A stretch of DNA of 64,000 nucleotides from Rhodospirillaceae bacterium. Its GTDB lineage: Bacteria > Pseudomonadota > Alphaproteobacteria > MPNO01 > VGEU01. The DNA lies in NCBI GenBank assembly GCA_050249455.1, contig JBFWQM010000003.1, positions 10,383 through 74,382 on the forward strand, in the 5' to 3' direction. The position numbers and the translations under genes are program-made. Below are positions 51,153 to 62,001 of this stretch, in pieces; position 1 is the first letter of the stretch, and each line of letters starts with the position of its first letter. The notes under the pieces are model-generated. The model saw nothing but the letters and a program-made list of their open reading frames with translations, was not told the DNA's origin and did not search any database.

Positions 51153-51955
51153 GCGGGATTGCGCCGCCGCTGCTCGACGTGCGCGGACTGACCATGCGGT
51201 TCGGCGGACTGGTCGCGGTCGACAGCCTCGACTTCTCGGCGGAGGCGAACGCCATCACGGCGCTGATCGGTCCCAACGGCGCCGGCAAGACGACGGTGTT
51301 CAACTGCCTGACCGGGTTCTACCGCCCGACCGAGGGCAGCCTGGGGCTGACCCACGGCGGGCGCACCCATGCGCTGGAGCGCATGGACGACTTCCGCATC
51401 GCTAAGGAGGCGCGGCTGGCGCGCACGTTCCAGAACATCCGCATCTTCCCGCAGATGACGGCGCTGGAGAACCTGATCGTGGCCCAGCACAACGCGCTGA
51501 TGCGCGCCTCCGGCTACACGGTGCTGGCGCTGTTCGGGCTGGGCGGCTACCGGCGGGCCGAGCGTGCGGCGGTGGATCGCGCCCGCTTCTGGCTCGACCG
51601 TGTCGGACTCGCCGCGCGCGCCGACGACGAGGCGGGGACCCTTTCCTATGGCGACCAGCGGCGGCTGGAGATCGCGCGCGCGATGTGTACCGGGCCGGCG
51701 CTACTCTGCCTCGACGAGCCCGCCGCGGGGCTCAACACGCGCGAGAAGGCGGGGCTGTCGGCCTTGCTGCGCGGCATCCGCGACGAGCACGACACCGCGA
51801 TGCTGCTGATCGAGCACGACATGAGCCTGGTGATGGGCATCTCCGACCGCATCGTGGTGCTGGAGTACGGCCGCAAGATCGCCGACGGCGCGCCGGCGTC
51901 GGTGCGCGCCGACCCGGCGGTCATCCGCGCCTATCTCGGCACCGAGACGGCCTGA
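51149..51955 (+). CDS. livG: Branched-chain amino acid ABC transporter ATPase
   Basis: [36 protein letters not shown]. Confidence 0.95.
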   Translation: MSGIAPPLLDVRGLTMRFGGLVAVDSLDFSAEANAITALIGPNGAGKTTVFNCLTGFYRPTEGSLGLTHGGRTHALERMDDFRIAKEARLARTFQNIRIFPQMTALENLIVAQHNALMRASGYTVLALFGLGGYRRAERAAVDRARFWLDRVGLAARADDEAGTLSYGDQRRLEIARAMCTGPALLCLDEPAAGLNTREKAGLSALLRGIRDEHDTAMLLIEHDMSLVMGISDRIVVLEYGRKIADGAPASVRADPAVIRAYLGTETA

Positions 51956-51958
51956 GCC

Positions 51959-52705
51959 ATGCTGGCGGTCCGCGGCGTCCACACCTTCTACGGCCACATC
52001 GAGGCGCTGCGGGGGGTGGACCTCGACGTCGCGGAAGGCGAGATCGTGGCGCTGATCGGCGCCAACGGCGCCGGCAAGTCGACCCTCCTGATGACGGTTT
52101 GCGGCAACCCGCCGCCGCGCCAGGGCTCGATCCGGTTCATGGGCCGCGAGCTGTCCGGCATGCCGACCCACGCGATCATGCGCGGCGGCATCGCGCACGC
52201 GCCGGAAGGCCGGCGCATCTTCCCCCGCATGACGGTGCGCGAGAACCTGCAGATGGGCGCCGTCACCGGCGATCCCGCCCATTTCGACGCCGACCTCGCC
52301 CGCGTGCTGGAGCTGTTCCCGATCCTCGGCGAGCGCATAGACCAGCGCGGCGGCACGCTTTCCGGCGGCGAGCAGCAGATGCTGGCGATCGGCCGCGCGC
52401 TGATGAGCCGGCCGCGGCTCCTCCTGCTCGACGAGCCGTCGCTCGGGCTCGCCCCGCTGTTCGTACAGCAGATCTTCCGCGTCGTCGCCGACATCAACCG
52501 GCGCGACGGGGTCACCGTGCTGCTGGTGGAGCAGAACGCCCACCATGCGCTGCGCTGCGCCAGCCGGGGCTACGTCCTCGTCAACGGCGCGATCGCGCTG
52601 TCAGGCAGCGGTGCGGCGCTACTGGCCGATCCGGTCGTGCGTGCGGCATACCTTGAGGGCGGCGTGACGCAGCCGACCGAGCCCGGTCCTGGGCCGGCGT
52701 CATGA
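51959..52705 (+). CDS. livF: Branched-chain amino acid ABC transporter ATPase
   Basis: GANGAGKS, PEGRRIF, LSGGEQQM, LDEPSLGLAP. Confidence 0.96.
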   Translation: MLAVRGVHTFYGHIEALRGVDLDVAEGEIVALIGANGAGKSTLLMTVCGNPPPRQGSIRFMGRELSGMPTHAIMRGGIAHAPEGRRIFPRMTVRENLQMGAVTGDPAHFDADLARVLELFPILGERIDQRGGTLSGGEQQMLAIGRALMSRPRLLLLDEPSLGLAPLFVQQIFRVVADINRRDGVTVLLVEQNAHHALRCASRGYVLVNGAIALSGSGAALLADPVVRAAYLEGGVTQPTEPGPGPAS

Positions 52706-52754
52706 ATCGGCGTAACTCATGCGGGGGAAGTCCAATGCAGAGGAGTGCAGGGCG

Positions 52755-53858
52755 ATGATCAGACGGATTGTGCTGGCGTTGGCGGCGGCCGGCGTTGCAT
52801 CGGGTCTTGCGGCGACGGCGCATGCCGATATCGCCGTCGCGTTGATCGGGCCGATCACCGGCCAGTATGCCTCCTTCGGCGAGCAGATGAAGCGCGGCGC
52901 GGAGATGGCGGTCGCCGACATCAACGCCAAGGGCGGCGTGCTCGGCCAGAAGCTGAGGCTGGAGATCGGCGACGACCGCTGCGACCCGAAGGAGGCGGTG
53001 GCGGTCGCCAACCAGATGGCGAGCAAGGGCGTGAAGTTCGTCGCCGGCCACTACTGCTCGGGCTCGTCGATCCCGGCCTCGCGCGTCTACAACGAGGAAG
53101 GCATCGTCCAGATCTCGCCGGCCTCGACCAACCCGACGCTCACCGAGCAGAAGTTCTCCAACGTCTTCCGGGTGTGCGGGCGCGACGACCAGCAAGGCAC
53201 CGTCGCAGGCCAGTACATGGCGGACAAGTTCAAGGACAAGCGCGTCGCGATCGTCCACGACAAGACCGCATACGGCAAAGGGCTCGCCGACGAGACCAAG
53301 AAGGCCTTCAACGCCAAGGGCGGCAAGGAGGTCCTGAACGAGACCATTACCGCCGGCGAGAAGGACTATTCGCCGCTGGTCAGCAAGCTGAAGCAGAACC
53401 GCGTCGATGTCGTCTATCTCGGCGGCTACCACACCGAGGCCGGCCTTATCGTGCGCCAGATGCGCGAGCAGGGCATGGACACCCGCCTGGTCGCCGGCGA
53501 CGCGCTGGTGACCAACGAGTACTGGTCAATCACCGGGCCGGCGGGGCAGGGCACCATGATGACCTTCAGCCCCGACCCGCGGCGCAATCCTCAGGCCGCG
53601 CCGATCGTGGAGAAATTCCGCAAGGCGGGCTATGAGCCGGAGGGCTATACCCTCTACACCTATGCCGCGGTCGAGGCGTGGAGCCTTGCGGCGGCCAAGG
53701 CGGGCAAGACCGACGGGACGGCGGTGTCGCAGGCCCTCAAGGGCCAGCAGTTCACGACCGTGCTGGGCAGCATCGGCTTCGATGCCAAGGGGGACGTGAC
53801 GGCGCCCGGCTATGTCTTCTACGAGTGGAAGGACGGCAAATACGACTACGCGCAATAG
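52755..53858 (+). CDS. livK: Branched-chain amino acid ABC transporter substrate-binding protein
   Basis: Signal peptide, DD.CDPK.AV, GHYCSGSSIPAS, HDK..YG.GLA. Confidence 0.93.
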   Translation: MIRRIVLALAAAGVASGLAATAHADIAVALIGPITGQYASFGEQMKRGAEMAVADINAKGGVLGQKLRLEIGDDRCDPKEAVAVANQMASKGVKFVAGHYCSGSSIPASRVYNEEGIVQISPASTNPTLTEQKFSNVFRVCGRDDQQGTVAGQYMADKFKDKRVAIVHDKTAYGKGLADETKKAFNAKGGKEVLNETITAGEKDYSPLVSKLKQNRVDVVYLGGYHTEAGLIVRQMREQGMDTRLVAGDALVTNEYWSITGPAGQGTMMTFSPDPRRNPQAAPIVEKFRKAGYEPEGYTLYTYAAVEAWSLAAAKAGKTDGTAVSQALKGQQFTTVLGSIGFDAKGDVTAPGYVFYEWKDGKYDYAQ

Positions 53859-53882
53859 CGGCTGCCGCGCGGCGCATGCGAA

Positions 53883-53907
53883 CGGGGGCCCGGCGTCCGG
53901 GCCCCCG
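53883..53907. terminator. GC-rich hairpin between convergent livK and mucR
   Basis: CGGGGGCCCGG-CGT-CCGGGCCCCCG perfect 11-bp stem; U-tracts weak. Confidence 0.55.
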
Positions 53908-53933
53908 GATATTCACGACGGACTTGCGAACGC

Positions 53934-54389
53934 TCAGCCCGCGCTGCGGCGGCCGCGCCGGGTGACCTTCTCGCCGCGGCGGCGGCCGAGGCCGATCTTC
54001 TTGGCGAACTCCGAGCGCTGGGCGGCGTAGTTCGGCGCGACCATCGGGTAGTCCGGCGGCAGGCCCCACTTGGTCCGGTACTCGTCCGGGTTCATGTTGT
54101 AGGCCGCCCGCAGATGGCGCTTCAGCATCTTCAGCTTCTTGCCGTCTTCCAGGCAGATGATGTATTCGGGCGTGACCGATCGCCGGACGCTCACCGCAGG
54201 TTTCAGCGGCTCCATCGGAGCTTCGGGCTGTGCCCCCTGCAAAGAGGTGAGCGAGTTGTAGATCGTGTTGATGACGTCAGGCACCTGGTTGGCCGGCACT
54301 GCATTGTTGCCCACATATGCGGCAACGATGTCCACGGCCATGCGCAGGACTTCTTTTTGGTCTAACTTGCGGACGGGTTCTTCGGTCAT
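53934..54389 (-). CDS. mucR: MucR/Ros family regulator
   Basis: DIVAAYV.NN, PAV.VR.SV, ICLEDGKK.K.LKRHL, YR.KWGLP.DYPMVAPNY. Confidence 0.95.
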   Translation of the reverse strand: MTEEPVRKLDQKEVLRMAVDIVAAYVGNNAVPANQVPDVINTIYNSLTSLQGAQPEAPMEPLKPAVSVRRSVTPEYIICLEDGKKLKMLKRHLRAAYNMNPDEYRTKWGLPPDYPMVAPNYAAQRSEFAKKIGLGRRRGEKVTRRGRRSAG

Positions 54390-54786
54390 TGAGAGTTCAA
54401 CCTCGAGATTAGGGCCACCAAGTCCGTCGACAATTGGCGGCGGCCACTGTGCATAATCGTCGAAGAAAGTCAATGCGCAAGAAGTAAAGCTTTATTCGAA
54501 AAACACCACCTGTTCAATAATGTTCCTCCGCGCCGCAAATTTGCTTCAGCGCTTCGACCCTCGTTGACGTCCGAACAATTGTCGGATCGGGGACGCTGTC
54601 CAGGCTTCGCGCCAGTTTTGCCGCCGCGGGGGAGCCTTGATCTCGTGGTCGTCGTGGCGGGCGGCCTTGCGGGCCGCAATCGGCGGTTGTGCGGGGCGGC
54701 GGCAGCGACGGGTTGTGCCGGGCTTCGCATTCCCTGACGAGATATGGTATTTGACCGCGCAAGAAATCGCCGAGCGCGAGCGAAGG

Positions 54787-55224
54787 ATGTCGTCTAGAAG
54801 GGTTGCGGTCGCCGCCGACCACGCAGGATTCGAGCTGAAGGCCGCGCTGGTGAAAATATTGCGCGACGATCTCGGCTGCGAGGCCATTGATCTCGGCACG
54901 ACCTCGTCGGAGTCGGTCGATTACCCCGACTATGCAGGACGCGTGGTCGAGGCGATCCGCGGCGGGGGCGCCGACAGGGGCGTCCTGGTGTGCGGTTCCG
55001 GCATCGGCATGTCGATCGCGGCCAACCGCCATACCGGGATCCGCGCCGCGCTGTGCGCCACCGCCGAGACGGCCCGGCTGGCCCGGCAGCACAACGACGC
55101 CAACGTCCTGGTCCTGGGCAGCCGGACGACCGATGCGGCGACGGCGGCGGAATGCCTGCGGGCCTTCCTCGCCACCGCGTTCGAGGGCGGCCGGCATGCC
55201 CGGCGCGTCGCCAAGCTCGCCTGA
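54787..55224 (+). CDS. rpiB: Ribose-5-phosphate isomerase B
   Basis: DHAG, SVDYPD, CGSGIG.SIAAN, R.HNDANVL, FEGGRH. Confidence 0.96.
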   Translation: MSSRRVAVAADHAGFELKAALVKILRDDLGCEAIDLGTTSSESVDYPDYAGRVVEAIRGGGADRGVLVCGSGIGMSIAANRHTGIRAALCATAETARLARQHNDANVLVLGSRTTDAATAAECLRAFLATAFEGGRHARRVAKLA

Positions 55225-55281
55225 CCCGGGAGCGGGGGCGTTGCGGAAGTCTCGCGAAGGTTCAATGAGAGGATTTGCGTC

Positions 55282-56592
55282 ATGAGCGTGTCGCCCGCCC
55301 CGCGAGGGGTGCCTTCCCTCGACCGGTTCTTCGGCGACGACGTCGCCGCGGTCGATCCGGAGCTCGCAGCGGCGATCGGCAAGGAGCTCGACCGGCAGCA
55401 GCGCCACATCGAGCTGATCGCGTCGGAGAACATCGTCTCGCGCGCGGTGCTGGAGGCGGCCGGCTCGGTGCTGACCAACAAGTACGCCGAGGGCTATCCG
55501 GGCCGGCGCTACTACGGCGGCTGCGAATACGTGGACGTCGCCGAGCAGCTCGCGATCGAGCGCGCCTGCAAGCTGTTCGGCTGCCGCTTCGCCAACGTCC
55601 AGCCGCATTCCGGCGCGCAGGCCAACCTGGCGGTCTATTTCGCGCTGATGCAGCCGGGCGACACGCTGCTCGGCATGTCGCTCGCCGCCGGCGGCCACCT
55701 GACCCACGGCGCGGCGCCGAACCTGTCGGGCAAATGGATGAAGGCCGTCCAGTACGGCGTGCGCAAGGAGGACGCCCGCATCGACTTCGACGAGGTCGAG
55801 CGGCTGGCGCGCGAGCACAAGCCGAAGATGATCGTCGCCGGCGGCTCTGCCTATCCGCGGGTGATCGACTTCGCGCGGTTCCGCCAGATCGCCGATTCCG
55901 TCGGCGCCCTGCTGATGGTGGACATGGCGCACTTCGCCGGCCTGGTCGCGGCCGGGCATCACCCGAGTCCGATCCCGCACGCCCATGTCGTCACGTCCAC
56001 CACGCACAAGACGCTGCGCGGCCCGCGCGGCGGCCTGATCCTCTCCAACGACGAGGAGATCGGCAAGAAGATCAACTCCGCCGTTTTCCCCGGCACCCAG
56101 GGCGGACCGTTGATGCACGTCATCGCCGCCAAGGCGGTGGCGTTCCACGAAGCGCTGCAGCCGGCGTTCCGCGACTACGCGCGCGCGGTGATGGACAACG
56201 CGCGGGCGCTGGCCGAGACCCTGTCGGCGCAGGGCTTCGACATCGTCTCCGGCGGCACGGACACCCACCTGATGCTGGTCGACCTGCGGTCCAAGCGCCT
56301 GACCGGCAAGGCGGCGGAAGGCACGCTGGGGCGTGCCAACATGACCTGCAACAAGAACGGCGTGCCGTTCGACCCGGAGAAGCCGACCATCACGTCGGGG
56401 GTGCGCCTCGGCTCGCCGGCGGCGACGACGCGCGGCTTCGGCCAGGCCGAGTTCCGCCAGGTCGGCATGCTGGTGGCGGAGGTGCTCGACGGCCTCGCCC
56501 GCTCCAACGGCGACAACACGGCGGTCGAGGACTCGGTGCGGGCGCGGGTGGAAGAGCTGTGCCGGCGCTTTCCCATCTATCCCGACGCCTGA
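55282..56592 (+). CDS. glyA: Serine hydroxymethyltransferase
   Basis: [33 protein letters not shown]. Confidence 0.98.
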   Translation: MSVSPAPRGVPSLDRFFGDDVAAVDPELAAAIGKELDRQQRHIELIASENIVSRAVLEAAGSVLTNKYAEGYPGRRYYGGCEYVDVAEQLAIERACKLFGCRFANVQPHSGAQANLAVYFALMQPGDTLLGMSLAAGGHLTHGAAPNLSGKWMKAVQYGVRKEDARIDFDEVERLAREHKPKMIVAGGSAYPRVIDFARFRQIADSVGALLMVDMAHFAGLVAAGHHPSPIPHAHVVTSTTHKTLRGPRGGLILSNDEEIGKKINSAVFPGTQGGPLMHVIAAKAVAFHEALQPAFRDYARAVMDNARALAETLSAQGFDIVSGGTDTHLMLVDLRSKRLTGKAAEGTLGRANMTCNKNGVPFDPEKPTITSGVRLGSPAATTRGFGQAEFRQVGMLVAEVLDGLARSNGDNTAVEDSVRARVEELCRRFPIYPDA

Positions 56593-56610
56593 ACGGAGAG
56601 CGCCACCGTC

Positions 56611-57075
56611 ATGAAGTGTCCCTTTTGCGGCACCGAAGACACCCAGGTGAAGGACTCGCGTCCGACGGAGGACAACACCGCCATCCGTCGACGGCGCGCC
56701 TGCACCGCGTGCGGCGCCCGCTTCACGACCTTCGAGCGGGTCCAGCTGCGCGAGCTGACGGTGGTCAAGCAGAACGGACGGCGCGAACCGTTCGACCGCG
56801 ACAAGATCGCGCGTTCAATGCAGATCGCGCTGCGCAAGCGGCCGGTCGATCCGGATCGCGTCGAGCGGGTGATCAACAGCATCATCCGCCGCCTCGAGGG
56901 CTCGGGCGAGACGGACATCAAGTCGGCCCAGGTCGGCGAGCTGGTGATGGACGCGCTGGCCAGCATCGACCCGGTCGCCTATGTCCGCTTCGCCTCGGTC
57001 TACCGTAACTTCCGCGAGGCGAGCGACTTCGAGGACTTCGTGGGGACCCTGGGTGGCAGGGACGACAAGGACTGA
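56611..57075 (+). CDS. nrdR: Transcriptional repressor NrdR
   Basis: CPFC, RRRR.C..C..RFTTFE, ATP cone, AYVRFASVY. Confidence 0.97.
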   Translation: MKCPFCGTEDTQVKDSRPTEDNTAIRRRRACTACGARFTTFERVQLRELTVVKQNGRREPFDRDKIARSMQIALRKRPVDPDRVERVINSIIRRLEGSGETDIKSAQVGELVMDALASIDPVAYVRFASVYRNFREASDFEDFVGTLGGRDDKD

Positions 57076-58168
57076 CGACGACCGCTTCATGCGGATCGCA
57101 ATCGGGCTTGCCCGCCGCGGGCTCGGCAACGTCTGGCCGAACCCCGCGGTGGGTTGCGTGATCGTCCGCGACGGCGCGGTGGTCGGACGCGGCTGGACCC
57201 AGCCGTCGGGGCGTCCCCATGCCGAGACCGAAGCGCTGGCGCGCGCCGGCGGCGCGGCGCGGGGCGCCACCGCCTACGTCACCTTGGAGCCGTGCGCCCA
57301 TTTCGGCCGAACGCCGCCATGCGCCGATGCCCTGGTCGCGGCAGGCGTCGCGCGGGTGGCGATCGCCGCCGGCGACCCCGACCCGCGGGTCGACGGCGCC
57401 GGGATCGCGAAGCTGCGGGGCGCCGGCATCGCGGTGGACGTCGGCATCGGGGAAGGCGGCGCGCGCGAGGTCAACGCGGGTTTCTTCTTGCGCCTGCGCG
57501 AGGGACGCCCGCTGGTCAGCCTGAAGCTCGCGACCTCGCTCGACGGTCGGATCGCGGCGCACAGCGGCCGCAGCCGCTGGATCACCGGCGAGGCGGCGCG
57601 CGCCCTGACCCACGGGATGCGCGCCCGGCACGACGCGATCCTGGTCGGGATCGGCACGGCGCTGGCCGACGACCCCGAACTGACCTGCCGCCTGCCAGGC
57701 ATGGCGGGCCGCTCGCCGGTCCGCGTGGTGGTCGACGGCGTCCTGCGGCTGCCGGCTGACGCGAAGCTCGTGAAATCGGCCGCTGCAATTCCCACATGGG
57801 TGGTCTGCGGCGAAGGCGCCGATTTGTCGCGCCGGGAGGCGCTGGCCAGGGCCGGTGTCGTGTCGCTGCCGGTTCCGGCCGGCGCGGACGGCCGGCCGTC
57901 GCCGCGCGCGGTCCTGGCGGCGCTGGCCGAGAAGGGCATTACGCGGCTGATGGTGGAGGGCGGCGGCACCATCGGCGCGGCTTTCCTGCGCGCCGGACTG
58001 GTCGACCGGCTGGTCTGGCACCGCGCGCCGATGGTGATCGGCGGCGACGGCCTGCCGGCCTTGCAGGCGCTCGGTGTCGACGATCCGAAAGACGCGCCGG
58101 GTTTCGTCATGGTAGCTTCGCAATCGGCCGGGCCCGACCGCATCGAGACGTTCGCCCGGCCGCACTGA
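57053..58168 (+). CDS. ribD: Bifunctional riboflavin deaminase/reductase
   Basis: PNP.VGC, HAE, TLEPC.H.GRTPPC, SLDG, VEGG; start GTG 57053 or ATG 57089. Confidence 0.95.
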   Translation: MAGTTRTDDDRFMRIAIGLARRGLGNVWPNPAVGCVIVRDGAVVGRGWTQPSGRPHAETEALARAGGAARGATAYVTLEPCAHFGRTPPCADALVAAGVARVAIAAGDPDPRVDGAGIAKLRGAGIAVDVGIGEGGAREVNAGFFLRLREGRPLVSLKLATSLDGRIAAHSGRSRWITGEAARALTHGMRARHDAILVGIGTALADDPELTCRLPGMAGRSPVRVVVDGVLRLPADAKLVKSAAAIPTWVVCGEGADLSRREALARAGVVSLPVPAGADGRPSPRAVLAALAEKGITRLMVEGGGTIGAAFLRAGLVDRLVWHRAPMVIGGDGLPALQALGVDDPKDAPGFVMVASQSAGPDRIETFARPH

Positions 58169-58183
58169 AGACGCAGGAGAGAC

Positions 58184-58771
58184 ATGTTCACGGGTATCGT
58201 CACCGACGTCGGCCGGGTCCGCGGGATAGAGCAGCGCGGCGACACGCGCCTGACCATCGAGACCGGCTACGACACGGCCGGAATCGAGATCGGCGCCTCG
58301 ATCGCCTGCTCGGGACCGTGCCTGACGGTGGTCGACAAGGGCCCCGGCTGGTTCGCGGTCGAGGCCTCGGCGGAGACCTTGTCGCGCACCACGATCGGCG
58401 GCTGGGGAGTCGCCACGCGGGTCAACCTCGAGCGCGCGGTCCGGGTCGGCGACGAGCTCGGCGGCCACATCGTGACCGGCCACGTCGACGGCATCGGCAC
58501 GGTCGCCGAGACGGCGCCGGAGGGCGACTCGCTGCGCGTGCGGTTCGAGGCGCCGGCGGGCCTCGCCAAGTACGTCGCCGAGAAGGGCTCGATCGCGGTG
58601 GACGGCGTCTCGCTCACGGTCAATTCGGTGGACGGCCCGCGCTTCGCCGTCAACCTCATCAGTCACACCCGCGGCTGCACGACGCTCGGCGATCTGCGTC
58701 CGGGCAGCCGGGTCAACCTCGAAGTCGACGTGATCGCCCGCTACGTCGCGCGTATGGTGGAGAAGGATTAG
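58184..58771 (+). CDS. ribE: Riboflavin synthase
   Basis: MFTGI, SIACSG.CLTV, GGHIV.GHVD, VNLE.D (named ribC in E. coli). Confidence 0.96.
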   Translation: MFTGIVTDVGRVRGIEQRGDTRLTIETGYDTAGIEIGASIACSGPCLTVVDKGPGWFAVEASAETLSRTTIGGWGVATRVNLERAVRVGDELGGHIVTGHVDGIGTVAETAPEGDSLRVRFEAPAGLAKYVAEKGSIAVDGVSLTVNSVDGPRFAVNLISHTRGCTTLGDLRPGSRVNLEVDVIARYVARMVEKD

Positions 58772-58773
58772 TC

Positions 58774-59976
58774 GTGGCCGAAAAGGTTGTTTCCCTGTCC
58801 CAGACAGTGGGCGCGGTGAAGGCGCAGTCTGAAGACCTGACCCAGTTCCTGTCCCCGATAGAGGAGATCATCGAGGACATGCGGGCCGGCAGGATGGTCA
58901 TCCTGGTCGACGACGAGAACCGCGAGAACGAGGGCGACCTCATCGTCGCCGCCGAGAAGGCGACGCCGGACGTCATCAACTTCATGGCCCGGTTCGGCCG
59001 CGGCCTGGTGTGCCTGACGATGACCCGCAACCGGGTCGAGACGCTGGGCCTGCCGATGATGACCCGCAACAACCGGTCCGGCCACGGCACGGCGTTCACC
59101 GTCTCGATCGAAGCGCGCGAAGGCGTGACCACCGGAATCTCCGCCTACGACCGCGCCCACACGATCGCGACCGCCATCGATCCGTCCAAGGGGCGCGACG
59201 ACGTCGTCAGCCCCGGCCACGTCTTCCCGCTGGTCGCCAAGGACGGCGGCGTCCTGGTGCGCGCGGGCCATACGGAGGCCTCGGTCGACCTGGCGCGGCT
59301 GGCCGGCCTCAACCCGTCGGGCGTGATCTGCGAGATCATGAACGAGGACGGCACCATGGCCCGGCTGCCGGACCTGGTGCAGTTCGCCCAGTTCCACGGC
59401 GTCAAGGTCGCCACCATCGCCGACCTGATCGCCTACCGCATGTCGAAGGACGCGATCGTCGAGCGCGTCCTGGAGACGCGGATGGTGCGCACGCAGGGCG
59501 GCGAGTTCCGCATGATCGTCTACGTCAACAAGATCTCGGGCGCCGAGCACGTGGCCCTGGTCAAGGGCGACATCTCCGGCCCGGCGCCGGTGCTGGTGCG
59601 CATGCACGCGCTCAACATCCTGGACGACCTGCTGCTCGACGAGGCCAGCCCGCGGGCCGGCGAGCTGGAGGCGTCGCTGCGCATCATCGGCGCGGAGGGC
59701 AGGGGCGTGCTCGTCCTGATCCGCGAGCCGCGGGTGCAGTTCTTCTCGGCGCAGGTGCGCGACCGCCACCCGGCCGTCGACCCCGCGGGACAGGATCCGC
59801 AGGCCGGCCTCGCGGTGCTGCCGCTGCGCGACTACGGCGTCGGCGCGCAGATCCTCGTCGACCTCGGCGTGCACGAGATGATCCTGCTGACCAATACGCT
59901 GCGGCAGGTGCCCGGCCTCGAAGGCTACGGCCTCAAGCTGGTCGATCGCCGGCCGTTCAAGCCGATGGAGTACTGA
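58774..59976 (+). CDS. ribB: DHBP synthase fused to a degenerate GTP cyclohydrolase II-like domain (RibBX type)
   Basis: [32 protein letters not shown]; C-terminal domain lacks the Zn-binding cysteines. Confidence 0.92.
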   Translation: MAEKVVSLSQTVGAVKAQSEDLTQFLSPIEEIIEDMRAGRMVILVDDENRENEGDLIVAAEKATPDVINFMARFGRGLVCLTMTRNRVETLGLPMMTRNNRSGHGTAFTVSIEAREGVTTGISAYDRAHTIATAIDPSKGRDDVVSPGHVFPLVAKDGGVLVRAGHTEASVDLARLAGLNPSGVICEIMNEDGTMARLPDLVQFAQFHGVKVATIADLIAYRMSKDAIVERVLETRMVRTQGGEFRMIVYVNKISGAEHVALVKGDISGPAPVLVRMHALNILDDLLLDEASPRAGELEASLRIIGAEGRGVLVLIREPRVQFFSAQVRDRHPAVDPAGQDPQAGLAVLPLRDYGVGAQILVDLGVHEMILLTNTLRQVPGLEGYGLKLVDRRPFKPMEY

Positions 59977-59978
59977 CC

Positions 59979-60449
59979 GTGACCGATCGGCCGCACATCA
60001 TGATCGCGGAGGCGCGATTCTACGACGACATCGCCGACGAGCTGTGGAAGAACGCGACCGCGGCGTTCGATGCGGCGGGCGCGACCTACGACCGCTTCGC
60101 GGTGGCGGGCGTGTTCGAGCTGCCGGCCACGCTCAAGTTCGCCATCCGCTCGGCGGAGCTGTTCGGCGGCACGCGCCATTACGACGGCTACCTCGCGCTC
60201 GGCTGCGTCATCCGCGGCGAGACCACGCACTACGACTACGTGTGCACCGAGAGCGCCCGCGCGCTGCAGGACCTCGCGGTGGATCACGCCGTCGCCCTCG
60301 GCTACGGCATCCTGACCTGCGAGAACTACGAGCAGGCGATCACCCGCGCGCGCTCGTCCGGCAACGGCAAGGACCGCGGCGGCCATGCGGCGCGCGCGCT
60401 CCTGCGCCAGATCGAGCTGCGCCGGCAGTTCCGCCTCGACCCGCGCTGA
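59979..60449 (+). CDS. ribH: 6,7-dimethyl-8-ribityllumazine synthase
   Basis: ARFY, G.FELP, LGCVIRGET.HYD, GILT. Confidence 0.94.
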   Translation: MTDRPHIMIAEARFYDDIADELWKNATAAFDAAGATYDRFAVAGVFELPATLKFAIRSAELFGGTRHYDGYLALGCVIRGETTHYDYVCTESARALQDLAVDHAVALGYGILTCENYEQAITRARSSGNGKDRGGHAARALLRQIELRRQFRLDPR

Positions 60450-60455
60450 GCGGCC

Positions 60456-60977
60456 GTGGCGGCGACATCCGACGGACGCCCGGCCGCTCCCGCACGTCGC
60501 AGCGCCGCGCGCCTGCGCAACGCGCGCATGGCGGTGGTGCAGGCGCTGTACCAGGCCGACGTCACCGCCGCCGCCGCGGACCGGGTGCTGGAGGAGTTTC
60601 TGCGCTTCCGGCTCAGCCGGGACGAGGAGGCGGGCCCCAGGACCGACATCGGCCTCTTCACCACGATCTTCCGCGGCACCAACGCGCGGCTGGCCGAGAT
60701 CGATGCGATGCTGGCGGCGGCGCTACCGCCCGAATGGCCGCTCGACCGTCTGGAGGTGCTGCTGCGCGCGATCGCGCGCGCCGGCGGCTACGAGCTCCTG
60801 GCGCGGCAGGACGTACCCGCGCGTGTCATCATCAACGAGTATGTCGACCTCGCCCATGCGTTCTTCGCCGGTGCGGAACCGCGCATGGTCAACGGAATCC
60901 TCGACCGGCTGGCGCGCAGCCTGAGGCCGGGTGAACTGGAGGCGACGAAGAGTGAGCGGTCCATCACGGCCCGCTGA
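60456..60977 (+). CDS. nusB: Transcription antitermination factor NusB
   Basis: AR...VQALYQ, W.LDRL, VIINEYV, VNGILD. Confidence 0.95.
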   Translation: MAATSDGRPAAPARRSAARLRNARMAVVQALYQADVTAAAADRVLEEFLRFRLSRDEEAGPRTDIGLFTTIFRGTNARLAEIDAMLAAALPPEWPLDRLEVLLRAIARAGGYELLARQDVPARVIINEYVDLAHAFFAGAEPRMVNGILDRLARSLRPGELEATKSERSITAR

Positions 60978-61941
60978 GTTCGACATCATCGCCCGCTACT
61001 TCGCGCCGCTGGCCGCGCAGTCGGAAGCGGCGCTGGGGCTGCGCGACGACGCGGCGCTCGTCGCCGTCCCGGCCGGCCATCGCCAGGTCGTAACCACCGA
61101 CATGCTGGTGGCCGGCGTGCACTTCCTGCCCGACGACCCGGCCGACCTGATCGCGCGCAAAATGCTGCGGGTGAACCTGTCCGACGTCGCGGCGATGGGC
61201 GGCGCCCCGGTCGCGGTGCTGCTCGCCATCGCCCTGTCGCCGGCGTGCGACGAGGCATGGATCGCCCGCTTCGCGGCGGGCCTCGCCGCCGACCTCGCCA
61301 CCTACGACATCCCGCTGATCGGCGGCGACACGACGGCGACGCCGGGGCCGCTGACGCTCTCGGTGACCGCGCTCGGCACGGTGCCGGAGCGCGCCGAGTT
61401 GCGCCGGTCCGCGGCGGCGCCGGGCGATGCCGTCTTCGTGTCCGGCTCGCTGGGCGATGCCGCGCTGGGGCTGCTTTGCCTGCAGGGCACCCTGAGCCCG
61501 GCCGATCCGGCGGACCGCGACGCCCTGGTCGGCCGCTACCGGCTGCCCGAGCCGCGGGTGACGCTCGGCCCGGCGCTGCGCGGCCTGGCGCACGCGGCGG
61601 CCGACGTCTCGGACGGCCTGGTCGCCGATCTCGGCCACATCTGCGAGACCTCGGGAGTCGGCGCGGAAGTGGCGATCGACCGCATTCCCCTGGGCCCGGC
61701 CGCGCGGCGAGCCGTCGATGCCGATTCCGGACTCATCGAGACGGTGCTGACCGGCGGCGACGACTACGAGCTCGTGTTCACCGCGCCGCCGTCGGCGCGC
61801 GAGGCGATCGCGGCTGCCGCGGCGGCCGTCGGCGTGCCGGTCACTGAGATCGGCCGCATCGTCGGCGGCGGGGGGGTGAGCGTGCTGGATGCCGCGGGCC
61901 GGACGGTGCCGCTGCTCCGCAGTGGCTGGCAGCACCGTTAA
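60952..61941 (+). CDS. thiL: Thiamine-monophosphate kinase
   Basis: EF.II, DDAA, D.LV.GVHF, VNLSD.AAMG, GGDT, DVSDGL, GGDDYEL. Confidence 0.95.
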   Translation: MSGPSRPAEFDIIARYFAPLAAQSEAALGLRDDAALVAVPAGHRQVVTTDMLVAGVHFLPDDPADLIARKMLRVNLSDVAAMGGAPVAVLLAIALSPACDEAWIARFAAGLAADLATYDIPLIGGDTTATPGPLTLSVTALGTVPERAELRRSAAAPGDAVFVSGSLGDAALGLLCLQGTLSPADPADRDALVGRYRLPEPRVTLGPALRGLAHAAADVSDGLVADLGHICETSGVGAEVAIDRIPLGPAARRAVDADSGLIETVLTGGDDYELVFTAPPSAREAIAAAAAAVGVPVTEIGRIVGGGGVSVLDAAGRTVPLLRSGWQHR

Positions 61942-62001
61942 CGGGAAATTTCCCGTCCCGTGCTCTGGTGCCCGCCTGGTACGCCAGCGGGCGAGGGCGG
62001 C

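Noticed and set aside
56592-58800. FMN riboswitch for the rib genes
   Set aside because: Genes overlap or are under 20 nt apart, leaving no room for one
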